From a virus: a DNA stretch of 64,000 nt. Both the position numbers and the translations under genes were made by a program. The stretch is taken from positions 32,001-96,000 of the IMG/VR virus record IMGVR_UViG_3300042007_000202; one strand, written 5' to 3'. The notes under the pieces were generated by a model. The model was given only the letters and a program-made list of their open reading frames with translations, was not told the origin of the DNA and did no database searches. Each line of letters starts with the position of its first letter. The stretch's first letter is position 1. Positions 46,764 to 56,870 of the stretch are shown in pieces.

Positions 46764-46856
46764 CGCGTTCTCCCGTCCGTGTGGCGGCGGGTGTCCACCG
46801 GCGTCCCGGCCGGGCGGACCCGGCCGGGACGCTGTCCTTCCCGCCCCTCAATGCGT

Positions 46857-46905
46857 GAGACACGAGATTAGCATTGGGTGGACGCGTATGCAAACCTAAT
46901 GTCTC
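46857..46905 (-). promoter_or_regulatory. Promoter cassette with inverted GAGACAY arms
   Basis: GAGACATTAGGT-TTGCAT-17 nt-TAATCT-CGTGTCTC. Confidence 0.7.
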
Positions 46906-46915
46906 ATTAGGGTGT

Positions 46916-47704
46916 TCAGCGGCGTTTCTTCCCGCAGTCGGGGCAGCACCCGCGCTTCTTGCTCCGTCTCTTCTCCGAGCGGCCCGCACTCTTCCAGCCG
47001 TCTACCAGCTCCGGCTGCATCCGGCGGAGGTCACCCACGCCCGCGCGGACAGTCCAGGCCAGCGATCCGCTCAGATCCGGCGGGGGGTTCACCATGTCCT
47101 CCACCCACTCGTTGCCCATAGGCATGGCCCTGGTCCGCCAGTAGAGGTGAGTCGCTGACGCGCCCAGGCAGGCCGCCCACACGCGCCGGTCCTTGTAGTG
47201 GGCGTTCAGCCAGCGAGTGAAGACCGCCCGCCCCTTGTCCATGTCCGCGAGGGACACCGCCGGGCGCAGCACCGTGGCGGCCTCGTCCCAGTACGGGGCC
47301 AGGGACCGCAGCAAGTCCCGCAGCTCCTCCCCCTCGCGGATGGACTCCGCCAGGGCTTCATGCCGGGGCAGCCCCGGGTGCGCCTTCGGGGCCAGCTCGT
47401 GTGCCTGCCTCAGGATGAAGTCGTCATCCAGAAGGCTCACGACGTCGTCCAGGCGCACATTGCCGAAGGCGTCGACACACCGGTCCGGGACGTTGATCGA
47501 CAGAGCGCCGATCAGCTCCACCATCACCTCCACCGCGCACCGCCAGCCGCGCCACTGGAACACCGGCTCGATGGCGGCGTCGAACTCGTCCTTGGTGTGC
47601 GTCGCGCAGACGTTGAGGATGATCCGGCGGTAGGCGGCGCTGCCCAAGGGCGGCGGCTCGTCCGCGATGAACTCCCCTTCCTGTTCGGCCTCAAAGATCG
47701 GCAT
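46916..47704 (-). CDS. Hypothetical protein with C-terminal CPDC
   Basis: MPIFEAEQEG...; GGGGAG upstream. Confidence 0.65.
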   Translation of the reverse strand: MPIFEAEQEGEFIADEPPPLGSAAYRRIILNVCATHTKDEFDAAIEPVFQWRGWRCAVEVMVELIGALSINVPDRCVDAFGNVRLDDVVSLLDDDFILRQAHELAPKAHPGLPRHEALAESIREGEELRDLLRSLAPYWDEAATVLRPAVSLADMDKGRAVFTRWLNAHYKDRRVWAACLGASATHLYWRTRAMPMGNEWVEDMVNPPPDLSGSLAWTVRAGVGDLRRMQPELVDGWKSAGRSEKRRSKKRGCCPDCGKKRR

Positions 47705-48314
47705 CCCTGGTCTCCCCCTTTTCGTCGTCCACGTCGGGCACATCCGCGTGGATATGCGCCATGAACAGTTCGTGCTCCATCTCCGCCTCCGTGACCTGGC
47801 TGTAGCGCAGCCGGACAGCGGCTTCCGCCATCAGGATCAGGAGCGTCAGTTTCAACCTGCGCGGCTCCTCTCTGGCGTAGTCGGAGATCACGCGGACCAG
47901 TTCGGCAAGATCGCCCTTGCTGGCGGCCTGGGCTACCGCGTTGCAGGCGGCGCCCAGTTGATCCCCCTCGGCCACGAGCCGCGCCACCGTCTCCGGGCTG
48001 GGCTCCTCCCCCTCCACGCGCCGGATCAGCTGCGTCATCTGCTCGTAGCCGAGCGAGTCGGGGCGCCCCGGGGGAGAGGGCAGGAGCGCCCTGGCGGACC
48101 CCCACACGTACGCCATCCGCGCCAGGCCCGCGCTGCCCCAGATGGCTCCCATGTCGGCCATGTAGCCACGGGCGGCGTCGTGCCAGCCGGTGGCGTAGGC
48201 GGTCGACGCCAGGAGGGCGGCATGAGTGGCCTCGTTGATCATCCGGTCGAAGGTCTCTTCGGTGAGATCGATCCGGCGCTTCATGTCGCCCTCGCAGCGG
48301 TCACACATGATCAT
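47691..48314 (-). CDS. Hypothetical helical protein
   Basis: ATGA-coupled to the RHH gene. Confidence 0.65.
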   Translation of the reverse strand: MIMCDRCEGDMKRRIDLTEETFDRMINEATHAALLASTAYATGWHDAARGYMADMGAIWGSAGLARMAYVWGSARALLPSPPGRPDSLGYEQMTQLIRRVEGEEPSPETVARLVAEGDQLGAACNAVAQAASKGDLAELVRVISDYAREEPRRLKLTLLILMAEAAVRLRYSQVTEAEMEHELFMAHIHADVPDVDDEKGETRDADL

Positions 48315-48844
48315 TCCTCTTCTAGTTCGATTCCCCTCGCCTCCAGGTGGGCGCGCAGCGCCGTTTCCACCTCGTCGTAACGGCGAGTGCCGTCGCGTTC
48401 CACCAGGGCCGCCAGGCCGTCGATGAGGAAGGAGGGGACCTGAACGGTGAGCTTGTCTCGGGGGATGCGCTTGGTCCGCTCCCGGGGCAGTACGGCCGGT
48501 GCGCCGCGCTGAGCCAGGGCGCCGGTGGTGCGGCCGGTGCGCGCGGGCAGCCGCTTGGGCTCGGCCGTTTCCGGCTCCAGCTCCATCACGCTGAAACCGC
48601 CCTGTAGGCCGGTCTCCTCGGACACCCGCGCGACGGCGGCGTCCGCGTCCGGCGCGTAGACGCGGGCCAGCTCCCGGCTGGAGCGGTTGTCGGTGGCCGC
48701 CCACAGCCGGTCCGGCGCCGTCGCCCGCTTGCCCTTGCGTCGTGCCTGGTGGGCGGCGAAGTCCGGGTCCTCCTCGGCGGTCGGCGCTGGGGAGGCGAGC
48801 AGGGAGCCGAGTCCTGCGGCGCGGGAGTTCCTGTTGCTGCTCAT
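48311..48844 (-). CDS. Partition partner with C-terminal ribbon-helix-helix (type Ib ParB/ParG-like)
   Basis: GLGSLL N-terminus; KLTVQVPSFLIDGLAALVERDG..YDEVETAL; directly downstream of parA. Confidence 0.65.
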   Translation of the reverse strand: MSSNRNSRAAGLGSLLASPAPTAEEDPDFAAHQARRKGKRATAPDRLWAATDNRSSRELARVYAPDADAAVARVSEETGLQGGFSVMELEPETAEPKRLPARTGRTTGALAQRGAPAVLPRERTKRIPRDKLTVQVPSFLIDGLAALVERDGTRRYDEVETALRAHLEARGIELEEE

Positions 48845-48858
48845 GCGGTGATGTCCTC

Positions 48859-49563
48859 TCAGGGGTTGTCCAGCTCGTGCTGGACGGCGGGGTAGTCGTG
48901 GAACCCCTTCACCGACTCCGTGTAGGCGTACTGGTAGGCGGTGCGGTGCTTCACGACGTTGGACAGCACAGGGATTCCGGCCTTGCGCATCTCGCTCTTG
49001 GCGTCTTCGGCCATGCGCTGGGACTTGACGCCCGTGAGCAGGATGCTGGCGGGGATCTCCCGTGCTTCTTCTTCCTTGCCGATCGCGGTCCGCGCGGAAT
49101 CGACAAGGGTGTCCAGGTCGACGGGGCTGGGGCTGGCGGTGAGCAGCATGTAGTCCGCGATGCGGTACGCGGCCTGCAAGATGCGGTCGTTGTCGCCGCC
49201 CGTGTCGATGATGATCAGGTCGTACATCTCGTGCCAGCCGTCGTCGAGGATGCGTTCCTTCAGGTCGTCGGAGGGGTGTGTCTCGACCTTGAAGGGCAGG
49301 GGCGCGCGGCGCTCCCTGGCGCGGCGGTTCCACTTCCGGCTGGTGCCGGACTTGGGGTCGGCGTCGACCACGAGCACGCGAAGGCCCACCGCCGTGTAGA
49401 CGTGAGCCAGGTAGATCGCCGTGGTGGACTTGCCGATGCCGCCCTTGATGCCGCCGATGACCAGGATCGCCGCGCGGGCGAGCTGGTCCAGCGGGAGGCC
49501 GAGGAGGCGGGTGGTTCTTGCCGTCTTGGTGGTGCGGCGGGATGCGAACACGGATTCAGACAC
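48859..49563 (-). CDS. parA: ParA-family partition ATPase
   Basis: KGGIGKST, LVVDADP, YDLIIIDTG. Confidence 0.92.
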   Translation of the reverse strand: MSESVFASRRTTKTARTTRLLGLPLDQLARAAILVIGGIKGGIGKSTTAIYLAHVYTAVGLRVLVVDADPKSGTSRKWNRRARERRAPLPFKVETHPSDDLKERILDDGWHEMYDLIIIDTGGDNDRILQAAYRIADYMLLTASPSPVDLDTLVDSARTAIGKEEEAREIPASILLTGVKSQRMAEDAKSEMRKAGIPVLSNVVKHRTAYQYAYTESVKGFHDYPAVQHELDNP

Positions 49564-49638
49564 GGTTGGGTTTTCTCTCTGTGGGGGCCGCCCGCCCGGC
49601 CGGGCGGGCGGCCTCGTAAGGGCAGTGTGGCAGGTGGT

Positions 49639-50982
49639 CTAGTCGATCGGGGGGAAGGTGTGCACGCCGTCCTTGGGGGCGAGGGGGTTGGGGATGATGA
49701 ACTTCTCGGGGTCGTAGCTGACGCTCCGGACTTCCTTCCCGAGGCAGGTGTTGTTCCACGCCTGCATGATCAAGTACATGTCCAGGTCGCGCTTGGAGCG
49801 GCCCTTGAGCGGCTGTCGGCGCCGGGTGGAGGAGCCCAGGTAGTACAGGCCCAGGGTGTGTCCGGGCTCGCCGCGCTTGAGGTCCATGGTCTGGACGCGC
49901 TTGTACCAGGACGTCACCAGGCGGTGGTCGCCGCCCATCTTCCGGGTGATCAGGTAGTGGGCCAGCATGGTGGCCTGGGTGCTGATGGACAGCTTGCCGA
50001 GGACGCCGTGCTTCACGGAGACCCGCAGGTTGGGGTGGGCTTCCAGGGTGGCGAACACCTGGGCTTCGGTGACCTTGGGCGCGTGGCGCCACTGGTCCTG
50101 GTCGTCGTAGTTGAACCAGAGGAACGCGAAGGTGGCGAGGGATGCGAGGCGGCTCGTGTTGACTTCCTGCGCGCCGTAGAGCATGTCGGCCGTGGTGCGC
50201 TTCTTGCCCCGGTCCATGACGTCGTAGGTGTCGGGCGGGGTGTCGTAGGAGACCCAGCAGGGGAACGGGACCTCGGACTCCACGCACGCGTGAAGGCGGT
50301 GCTGCCCGTTGGCCGTCATGTTGTTGGTGTCGATGCACACCGGGTCGGCCGGGTTCAGCTTCCACTCCCCGCGCCGCATCGCCTCCGCGTAGTCGCGGAC
50401 CTTCTTGTCGTCCAGCCGCCGCTGGTAGGGGGCCAGCCGCGTGAGCAGCTCCAGGGCGCGTTCGGGGTGGATCAGCTCGGCCTGCATACGGCCCGCGTTC
50501 TCCAGGAGCTGCACGGGCGCGTCATCCAGGAGGGAGGGCCCGGCGGGCTGGGCGGCGGGGGCTTGCACCCTGGCGGAGCCGTTGACGGAGCCGCCCTTGC
50601 CGTGGCGCTTGCGCTGGTGCTGGCGCCTGTCGGGGCTGGGGTCCTCGGGGGTGTCGGTGTTGATGCCCCAGTACGCCAGGAGGAACCGGTGCTGCTGCTC
50701 GGCGGGGTCCGTCTCCTCGATGCGGCACTGGCGGCCGATCTTCTCCAGCTCCTCGTAGAGGGCCTGCGTCCAGCCGAGCTTGTTCTTGGCGCGGGTCAGG
50801 TCGTTCTGGTACTGGCGTTCCGCGGAGTTCGCGCTGACGGTGATCGTCGCTTCGGGCACGCCGTATTCCGGGACGGCCAGGCGGATCAGCTTGTACCGGC
50901 CGCGCTCCTGCGGCTCCATGGCGTAGCCCGGCGTCTGGCCGACGAAGCGGATGAATGCCAGTGCGTGTGCGTTCTTGCTCAT
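49639..50982 (-). CDS. ParB/Srx-like domain protein (NGQHRL)
   Basis: QRRLDDKKVRDYAEAMRRGEW..NGQHRLHACV..MDRGKKRT. Confidence 0.65.
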   Translation of the reverse strand: MSKNAHALAFIRFVGQTPGYAMEPQERGRYKLIRLAVPEYGVPEATITVSANSAERQYQNDLTRAKNKLGWTQALYEELEKIGRQCRIEETDPAEQQHRFLLAYWGINTDTPEDPSPDRRQHQRKRHGKGGSVNGSARVQAPAAQPAGPSLLDDAPVQLLENAGRMQAELIHPERALELLTRLAPYQRRLDDKKVRDYAEAMRRGEWKLNPADPVCIDTNNMTANGQHRLHACVESEVPFPCWVSYDTPPDTYDVMDRGKKRTTADMLYGAQEVNTSRLASLATFAFLWFNYDDQDQWRHAPKVTEAQVFATLEAHPNLRVSVKHGVLGKLSISTQATMLAHYLITRKMGGDHRLVTSWYKRVQTMDLKRGEPGHTLGLYYLGSSTRRRQPLKGRSKRDLDMYLIMQAWNNTCLGKEVRSVSYDPEKFIIPNPLAPKDGVHTFPPID

Positions 50983-51461
50983 ACGTGTGCCCCCTGGGCG
51001 GGCAGTAGGTGCTCGCCGTCTTCTGTGATGCGGGTGAGGTGCGGTACGCGGGCGGGCGGGCGGCCGGTCAGGGCCTTGACGCTTGCGGTGTAGGTGCTGA
51101 TGGCGGCGTCAAGGGATCGGTGGGCCAGCAGCTCGACGAAGCCGCGAGAGGCGGTGAGGGTGGTGAGGGTGGTGCGGGCGAGAGCGACGCGGGGGTGGCC
51201 GTGGGCGTCGCAGTGCCACAGCTCGTGCGTCAGCCCGGCGGGCGGCGCGCTGTCGGCCCAGCCGTGCCCGCCCCACAGCAGCGTGCGCCGCTCCGCGTGG
51301 AACAGGAGGGCGTCCAGGGCGTGGGCGGGGTGCGCGGGATAGGCGGCCACCAGCCAGTAGTCGATGCCGTCGCGCCGGTGGACGGAGGGGCGCCCGCGCG
51401 TGGCGTGCGTCCCTCCGTCCGGCGGCGCGGGCCGTGCGGCGTAGATGTGCAGGTCGCTCAT
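50979..51461 (-). CDS. Hypothetical protein
   Basis: Coupled to the downstream gene. Confidence 0.55.
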   Translation of the reverse strand: MSDLHIYAARPAPPDGGTHATRGRPSVHRRDGIDYWLVAAYPAHPAHALDALLFHAERRTLLWGGHGWADSAPPAGLTHELWHCDAHGHPRVALARTTLTTLTASRGFVELLAHRSLDAAISTYTASVKALTGRPPARVPHLTRITEDGEHLLPAQGAHV

Positions 51462-51462
51462 C

Positions 51463-51723
51463 TCAGGCGCCGTCCCGGGCGGTGAGCTTGCGCAGGCTGG
51501 CGGCGATGTCCGCGAGGGACAGCGCGATGGACACCTGGGCCAGGGGGGCGACGTTCTGGGAGTCGACCCCGGCCAGGAGGACGCCGGTGTACTCGGGTCC
51601 GGGGAGGTTGACCCGGCGGCCGAGTTCGGCGTTGATGGCGGACACGGCGTCCAGCGGCTCCTCCGGGATGCCCGTGGGCTGGCCGGAGGCCTTCCGCCTT
51701 TGCGTGTCGTCGAAGCTGCTCAT
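51463..51723 (-). CDS. Hypothetical protein
   Basis: Start at 51723 preferred because 51771 lies inside the promoter cassette. Confidence 0.55.
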   Translation of the reverse strand: MSSFDDTQRRKASGQPTGIPEEPLDAVSAINAELGRRVNLPGPEYTGVLLAGVDSQNVAPLAQVSIALSLADIAASLRKLTARDGA

Positions 51724-51906
51724 TTGGCTTGAACCCTCGCTTTGGTCGATCCTATCGATGCCGTGTGTCATGACGTTATCACACGTGATCGTTGTACACG
51801 TGCTTTGTGTTGCCCGGCCGGGCGGGCGGGCGGGAGTACCCCCGGCCGGGCGGCCGGGCGGGTCTCGCCGGTGCGTGCGGGCCGGAGGGCTGCCCCGGCC
51901 TGCGCG

Positions 51907-52632
51907 TCAGCCCTCCGGCCCCTCTTCGAGTTCACGCACAGCGGCCCTCAGCCGGTCGCGCGACCGGCGGAAGAACTCGCGAGGCGGGAGATCGTCCTCG
52001 GGGTTTTCCACGGGCAGGCGGGGGCTGGGCCAGGTCTTGCCGACGCGGAAGGCCGGGCGGCCGAACCAGACGGTGGCCATGTCCCAGGTGTAGAGGGACG
52101 GGACGCCGCTGTCGGGGTCGGGCAGGCGCGTCTGGACCATCCCCTGGTGGGTCAGGTAGACCCCGGCGATCCCCGTGGACAGCATCGCCTTCCAGTCGAT
52201 CATCCTGGACATGATGCCGGTGCGAAGGCCGCAGGTTTCCAGGAGCCGGGACAACGGGTGGTCGTCCTGGGGGAACGCGGCGTACAGGGCGACGGCGTCC
52301 TCGGCCCGGTCGACCACGGCGAACGGCGCGGCGGGGGCCGGGAAGATCTGCGTCTGCCACGCGTAGTTGACGAACGTCTGCATGCCCTCCTGCTCGCACC
52401 ACTCCGTCCACGCGGATCGGCGGGGGACGGGGCGCCACTTGCCCTCGGGGAGGACGGCCGGGGACGTCCAGAGGCCGCCTGAGGGTTTGCTGTCGCCGGG
52501 GTGGTTGGTGATGGGGCGCCACTTCTTGCGGGCCATGGTGTGGGGGGCGGGGTCGTGCCGGAGGAGGACCGGCAGCTCACTGCCGAACCGGATCGGGATC
52601 CTGAGATCGCGCCAGGGGCTGCGCGTAGCCAT
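51907..52632 (-). CDS. Phage hypothetical protein (KPxGGLWTSP family)
   Basis: KPSGGLWTSP..AWTEWC..IDW..GVYLT..LYTWD; AAGGA RBS. Confidence 0.7.
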   Translation of the reverse strand: MATRSPWRDLRIPIRFGSELPVLLRHDPAPHTMARKKWRPITNHPGDSKPSGGLWTSPAVLPEGKWRPVPRRSAWTEWCEQEGMQTFVNYAWQTQIFPAPAAPFAVVDRAEDAVALYAAFPQDDHPLSRLLETCGLRTGIMSRMIDWKAMLSTGIAGVYLTHQGMVQTRLPDPDSGVPSLYTWDMATVWFGRPAFRVGKTWPSPRLPVENPEDDLPPREFFRRSRDRLRAAVRELEEGPEG

Positions 52633-52757
52633 GCGGTGGTCCTTCGTTCGTTGCCGTGTGCGAGGGGTCGGCCGTGGGCCGAAGGGTAGACGCCCCCGGC
52701 CGCCGCCCGGCCGGTCTTTACAGGATCGGCAGGAGCGGCGGCCGGGGGCCGGGCGGG

Positions 52758-53816
52758 CTACAGGCGGCCGTCGGCGGCCAGGACCGCCAGGTTCTTCGCG
52801 CGGACCTTGAGCTTCTCCTGGGAGAAGATCGTCCGGCCCATCAGGGTGTCGGTGTTCTTGTAGCGCCGGTCGTGGTCCAGGTACTCGCCGCCCGCCTGCA
52901 TCAGGCCGTAGGCCGTGTTGCCGATGCCCTCGCAGGTCGGGGAGTCCAGGATGACGCGGACCTTCTGGCGGGCGATGGTGACGTTCTCCAGCGCCTTCGG
53001 CTTGAGCTTGTGCTCCAGCTTGGTCGGGTAGACGAACTCGTCGACCCAGCGGCTGACCTGCTCGTCCGAGACGGTCTTGAGGATCATCTCGTCAGCCAGC
53101 TCGGCGTAGGCCTTCATCTCCTTCTCGGCGCCGGACAGGGCCGCCTTGACGTCGGCCTGGAGCTCGGCCATGCGCTGGCGCCACTGGGAGCGGTGGTGGA
53201 AGGCGAAGGTGGTGGCGCTGGCCTCGGACTGGGTGTCGGCGTAGTGCCAGGTGTTGGCGCAGACCACGCGGATGTTCGTGGCGATGGCCTTGCAGGCGCC
53301 GTGGCCGTCGTGGCGGTTGAGGAGCGCGATGTAGCGGGCGGTGGGGCTGGGGTCGCCCTTGATCTCCAGGAAGTCGCCCATCTGGAGCAGCGCCCACACC
53401 TGGCGCCCGCTGTCCAGGCACCCGGCGGTCTCGAACTTGATCTCGTGCCCCGACATGAACGTCTCGATGATGTCGCCCATGTCGGAGTTGGTGATCAGCT
53501 CGTACTGCTCCAGGGCGGTGTCCAGCACCATGTTGTTGTCGGAGCGGACGATGAGCTTGTGGCCCTCCACCGCCTCGTAGGTGGTGGTGGGCTCGCCGTC
53601 CACGACGGCCGGGACCCGGCGGTACAGGGGCTCCTCGATGGGGTCCCAGTCCAGCCCGGCCGGGACGCGCGCCTCCTGCCACGTCTTCGGCGCCTCCTCC
53701 AGGATCACGGTCCGGCCGTCCTGGCCGGTCTCCCCGTAGTGCCACGGGAGCTCCCGCAGCGGCGCGTTCGCGCCTTCCTGGTGGACGCTGAACATCTTTT
53801 CGACCTTGTGTGCCAT
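52758..53816 (-). CDS. DUF932 / TIGR03299 phage-plasmid protein
   Basis: MAHKVE..PWH..AGLDW..ETAGCLDSGRQVW..HDG..RVVCANT..GNTAYGLMQA..EYLDH. Confidence 0.88.
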   Translation of the reverse strand: MAHKVEKMFSVHQEGANAPLRELPWHYGETGQDGRTVILEEAPKTWQEARVPAGLDWDPIEEPLYRRVPAVVDGEPTTTYEAVEGHKLIVRSDNNMVLDTALEQYELITNSDMGDIIETFMSGHEIKFETAGCLDSGRQVWALLQMGDFLEIKGDPSPTARYIALLNRHDGHGACKAIATNIRVVCANTWHYADTQSEASATTFAFHHRSQWRQRMAELQADVKAALSGAEKEMKAYAELADEMILKTVSDEQVSRWVDEFVYPTKLEHKLKPKALENVTIARQKVRVILDSPTCEGIGNTAYGLMQAGGEYLDHDRRYKNTDTLMGRTIFSQEKLKVRAKNLAVLAADGRL

Positions 53817-53881
53817 GCGGCTTCTTCCTCCTGTGTCGGCGGGGTTGGCCCGGTCCGCTGGGCCGATCCGCGCGGATTGAC

Positions 53882-53930
53882 GCAACACCAATATTACACA
53901 CACATGCTGCGTGCGCAAATCCCGTGTCTC
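53882..53930 (-). promoter_or_regulatory. Promoter cassette upstream of the DUF932 gene
   Basis: GAGACACGGGAT-TTGCGC-16 nt-TAATAT-TGGTGTTGC; flanked by 12-bp palindromes at 53866 and 53935. Confidence 0.65.
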
Positions 53931-53983
53931 TTGTATCTGCGTGGATCGGCCCGGCCGGAGGCGCCCGCCCCCGCCCGAACAGC

Positions 53984-54022
53984 AGACGGCCCCGTCTCCC
54001 TCGGGGGGAGACGGGGCCGTCT
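53984..54022 (-). terminator. Hairpin terminator
   Basis: AGACGGCCCCGTCTCCC..GGGAGACGGGGCCGTCT. Confidence 0.7.
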
Positions 54023-54040
54023 GGGGTGGTCGGCCGACCG

Positions 54041-54496
54041 CTACACGGCCACCGACACCGGCAGCTCACTGCCGTCGCCGCTGAAGAACGCGGCGGCGGC
54101 GGCCAGCTTGCCTCCGCACCGCTCGTCCAGGTTGGCCAGAACAGCCGCCAGCAGGTCCTCCCGGTCCTTCACATCCGGGTCCGCCAGGGCGGCATCCAGA
54201 GCCTCCTGGATGTGGGCCCGGACGCCGGGGTACATGTCCGCCTGCCCGAGCACGTAGGCGGGAACCTCCCGCGTGTTCAGGTTCCGTGCTTCGCCGTCCG
54301 TGGTCACGACCTGGTACGCCGGGCGTTCGCCGGTCCTGTCGTATCGCTTGTACTGCGGCCCGCCCGCCTCATTCATTGCGCGCAGAGCCGCGACCCGGCG
54401 GGCGATGGCGTTCTTGCCCAGCTCCGGGGCCGACGGCGCGTACACCGACATCCTGATCACCTTCTTCCCATGGTCTATGAGACACCAGTATTGCAC
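54041..54496 (-). CDS. Hypothetical protein (start uncertain)
   Basis: ORF followed by a terminator. Confidence 0.6.
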   Translation of the reverse strand: MQYWCLIDHGKKVIRMSVYAPSAPELGKNAIARRVAALRAMNEAGGPQYKRYDRTGERPAYQVVTTDGEARNLNTREVPAYVLGQADMYPGVRAHIQEALDAALADPDVKDREDLLAAVLANLDERCGGKLAAAAAFFSGDGSELPVSVAV

Positions 54497-54523
54497 GCGC
54501 GTGATGCGTCAGCCATCGTGCAC

Positions 54524-55048
54524 TCACTCGCCCGGCTGTTCGGACGGCAGCTCAGAGTCGGATTCCGCCTCAGGACTCGGGGCGGGTTCGGCCCGCTGAG
54601 CACGGCGGCGCTGGGCTTCGCTGGTGATCCCGGCGATGTCGACCAGGGCCGCGCGCACCTGGCGCGTGACGCATCCGGGGAGCGACGCCAGCAGCTCCAC
54701 TGAGCCCTCCCAGCCCCCGTCGGCACGCAGGTCGGCCAGGGCGCGGCCGAACACCCGGCGCACCACGTAGTCGCCCATGGAGCCCCAGTCCGTACGCTCG
54801 CGCAGCGCCTTGGCTCTGGGGCTGCCGAGGCTGGACGCCTCCAGCAGCTCCGCGAACTCGCGCTCCTGCTCGGTGGGTGCCGCCTCGGTGCCGGTGCGGG
54901 CGGCCACGTCGCCCGGCGGGATGTCCAAGGCCGCCGCCACGGCGGAGTCGAACTCCTCCACCAGTCCACGCAGATGGGGATCGTCTTGGGCGTAGTAGCG
55001 CAGGCGGCCCAGAGTGGAGAGTGCGGCGGCATGCGTGATGGCGTCCAT
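54524..55048 (-). CDS. Hypothetical protein
   Basis: MDAITHAAAL... Confidence 0.6.
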   Translation of the reverse strand: MDAITHAAALSTLGRLRYYAQDDPHLRGLVEEFDSAVAAALDIPPGDVAARTGTEAAPTEQEREFAELLEASSLGSPRAKALRERTDWGSMGDYVVRRVFGRALADLRADGGWEGSVELLASLPGCVTRQVRAALVDIAGITSEAQRRRAQRAEPAPSPEAESDSELPSEQPGE

Positions 55049-55056
55049 GCTGGTCA

Positions 55057-56235
55057 CTAGGAGCCCTCCTCCAGGTTCACGACGGCGGCCGGGGTGGCGC
55101 CGCCTTCCTTGCGGCGGCGGATCTCTGCCTTGGTCATGCGGCGGACGGCCACAGCCGATTCGCACTCCTTGTCGCCCACGCCGTAGCGGGCGGGCTCCTT
55201 CACCCGGCGGACGGCGAACCCGCGCCCCGGCAGGATCTCCTCCAGCCGGGCCAGCGCCTCCGCGTTGGGTACCACCGTTCCGGTGTCCGGGTTGTACCAG
55301 CCGATCATCTCCTCGTAGGGCTCGATCAGCTTCTCATCGCGGTAGAACTTGCTGCTCATGACGGTGTAGCCGGGGGTGCGGTAGGAGCGCCACTCGTCCT
55401 TGAGGCCGAGGGCGGAGGCCATGCCCTTGGTCGTGGGCATGGGGTCCTGGGTGGACTCCACGGCTTCCAGCCAGTCTTCGTAGACCGCGCCGAGCGCCTT
55501 GTGCAGGGACTCGCCCGGCTTGCACCGGCCGCACAGCTTCGTCGGCAGCCTGTCTGCGGTGGCCCGGCCGCGCGCGTAGCGGAACGCCCCGGCCAGCAGC
55601 ACCTCCTGTACCTCGGCCTTGCGGGCGTACTTGTAGGCGTTGGGGTAGGACAGGTTTTCGTGGCCCTTGGTGACCGTGCAGCCAGCCACGTGGATGACCG
55701 GCACCATCATGTCCGGGGCGACCTTCGTCTCCCGGATGCGCGGCGTGAACGTGACCCAGGTTCGCGGGCCGAGTTCGGCGTCTTCGCGGTCCTGCGCTTC
55801 CTGTGCCGCGCGGGCCTCGGCGCGCCGCTCCTCCTCCTCCGCCTCCCGGCGCATCTCCACGACCTCGTCCCGGCGCGCGGTCAGGGCGGCGTCGGTGGGG
55901 GCGTAGTCGGTCCATGCGTCCTGGAAGGCTGCCCAGTGGCGGCTCTGGGCGGACTCCCATGCGGCGCGGGCGGCGGCCAGCTTGTCGTCGGCGCGCTGGA
56001 GTTCGGCGGTGAAGGTCTCGTACGCCTTGGCCCAGGCGGCGCGTTCCTCGTCGCTGGCGCGGACGGCGTGCTGGTCGTAGTAGCCCTCGCCGGTGTCGTA
56101 CGGGTCCACCTCCATGTCGGTGATGGCGTGGACCATGTCGTCGTCGTTGATGTTGTCCAGAACGTCGCTGACGCTGCTGTCGCTGTGGAGGCGGTAGTAC
56201 TTCGGCTTCTCGCCAGGGGTGTCATGCGGTGTCAT
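55057..56235 (-). CDS. Coiled-coil plus H/C Zn-motif hypothetical protein
   Basis: MTPHDTPGEK..; IHVAGC..LCGRC. Confidence 0.7.
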   Translation of the reverse strand: MTPHDTPGEKPKYYRLHSDSSVSDVLDNINDDDMVHAITDMEVDPYDTGEGYYDQHAVRASDEERAAWAKAYETFTAELQRADDKLAAARAAWESAQSRHWAAFQDAWTDYAPTDAALTARRDEVVEMRREAEEEERRAEARAAQEAQDREDAELGPRTWVTFTPRIRETKVAPDMMVPVIHVAGCTVTKGHENLSYPNAYKYARKAEVQEVLLAGAFRYARGRATADRLPTKLCGRCKPGESLHKALGAVYEDWLEAVESTQDPMPTTKGMASALGLKDEWRSYRTPGYTVMSSKFYRDEKLIEPYEEMIGWYNPDTGTVVPNAEALARLEEILPGRGFAVRRVKEPARYGVGDKECESAVAVRRMTKAEIRRRKEGGATPAAVVNLEEGS

Positions 56236-56240
56236 GGGTG

Positions 56241-56870
56241 TCAGTTCTCCAGGAGTCCCCATCCGGCGGGGCCGCGCCACGTGAGCGGCTGGCCGTCGGC
56301 GGGGGTGTCGTAGTAGGCCATGGCGGGCGCGGGGGCGTTCGCCTTGACGATGGCGAGCAGCGTATTGAGGCCGGTGGTCAGGCGCCCTTGCCGGTCCACG
56401 CGGATGGGGCTGACGAGGCGGTAGTCCCACTCGCCGTTCGTGAGCTGGGCGGCCATCTCGTTGACGCTGACCAGGTCGAAGCAGTCGGCGGCGTACTTGG
56501 CGTCGGCGGTGTTGGCGAGGGTCAGTGCGACGCCCGGCTCGAAGATGGCCACCGGGTCTTCGCTGTGCTCGGTGTCGTCGGGGAAGAGCAGGTGTTCCGC
56601 GTGGAACAGGGTCAGGGCGCGGCCCAGCGTGGTCACCACGGTGCCGTCGTCGGTCTTGCGGGCCACGGGGACGGGGATGCCGGTCTCCAGGACGGCGTCC
56701 GGGACGGCCAGCTCCAGGTTCGGGTCCGCTCCGGCTTTGGCGCGGTGGGCCAGGTCGCGCAGCCAGGCGCCGAAGGCCGTGGGCAGGGGGGGCCAGATGG
56801 CCTGGCGTACGTAGGCGATGGGGTCGGTGGCCGGGTCGGGGCCCGGCGGGGTGTTCCTCGTGTCGCTCAT
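56241..56870 (-). CDS. Hypothetical protein, possibly degenerate ParB-like
   Basis: AAQLTNGEW..SPIRVDRQGRLTTGLNTLLAIV echoes the 49639..50982 ParB-like core without the QHR motif. Confidence 0.55.
   Translation of the reverse strand: MSDTRNTPPGPDPATDPIAYVRQAIWPPLPTAFGAWLRDLAHRAKAGADPNLELAVPDAVLETGIPVPVARKTDDGTVVTTLGRALTLFHAEHLLFPDDTEHSEDPVAIFEPGVALTLANTADAKYAADCFDLVSVNEMAAQLTNGEWDYRLVSPIRVDRQGRLTTGLNTLLAIVKANAPAPAMAYYDTPADGQPLTWRGPAGWGLLEN

Noticed and set aside
49639-50982. DndB/DGQHR phosphorothioation system
   Set aside because: Only a ParB-like NGQHRL motif; no dndC, dndD, dndE or cysteine desulfurase in the window
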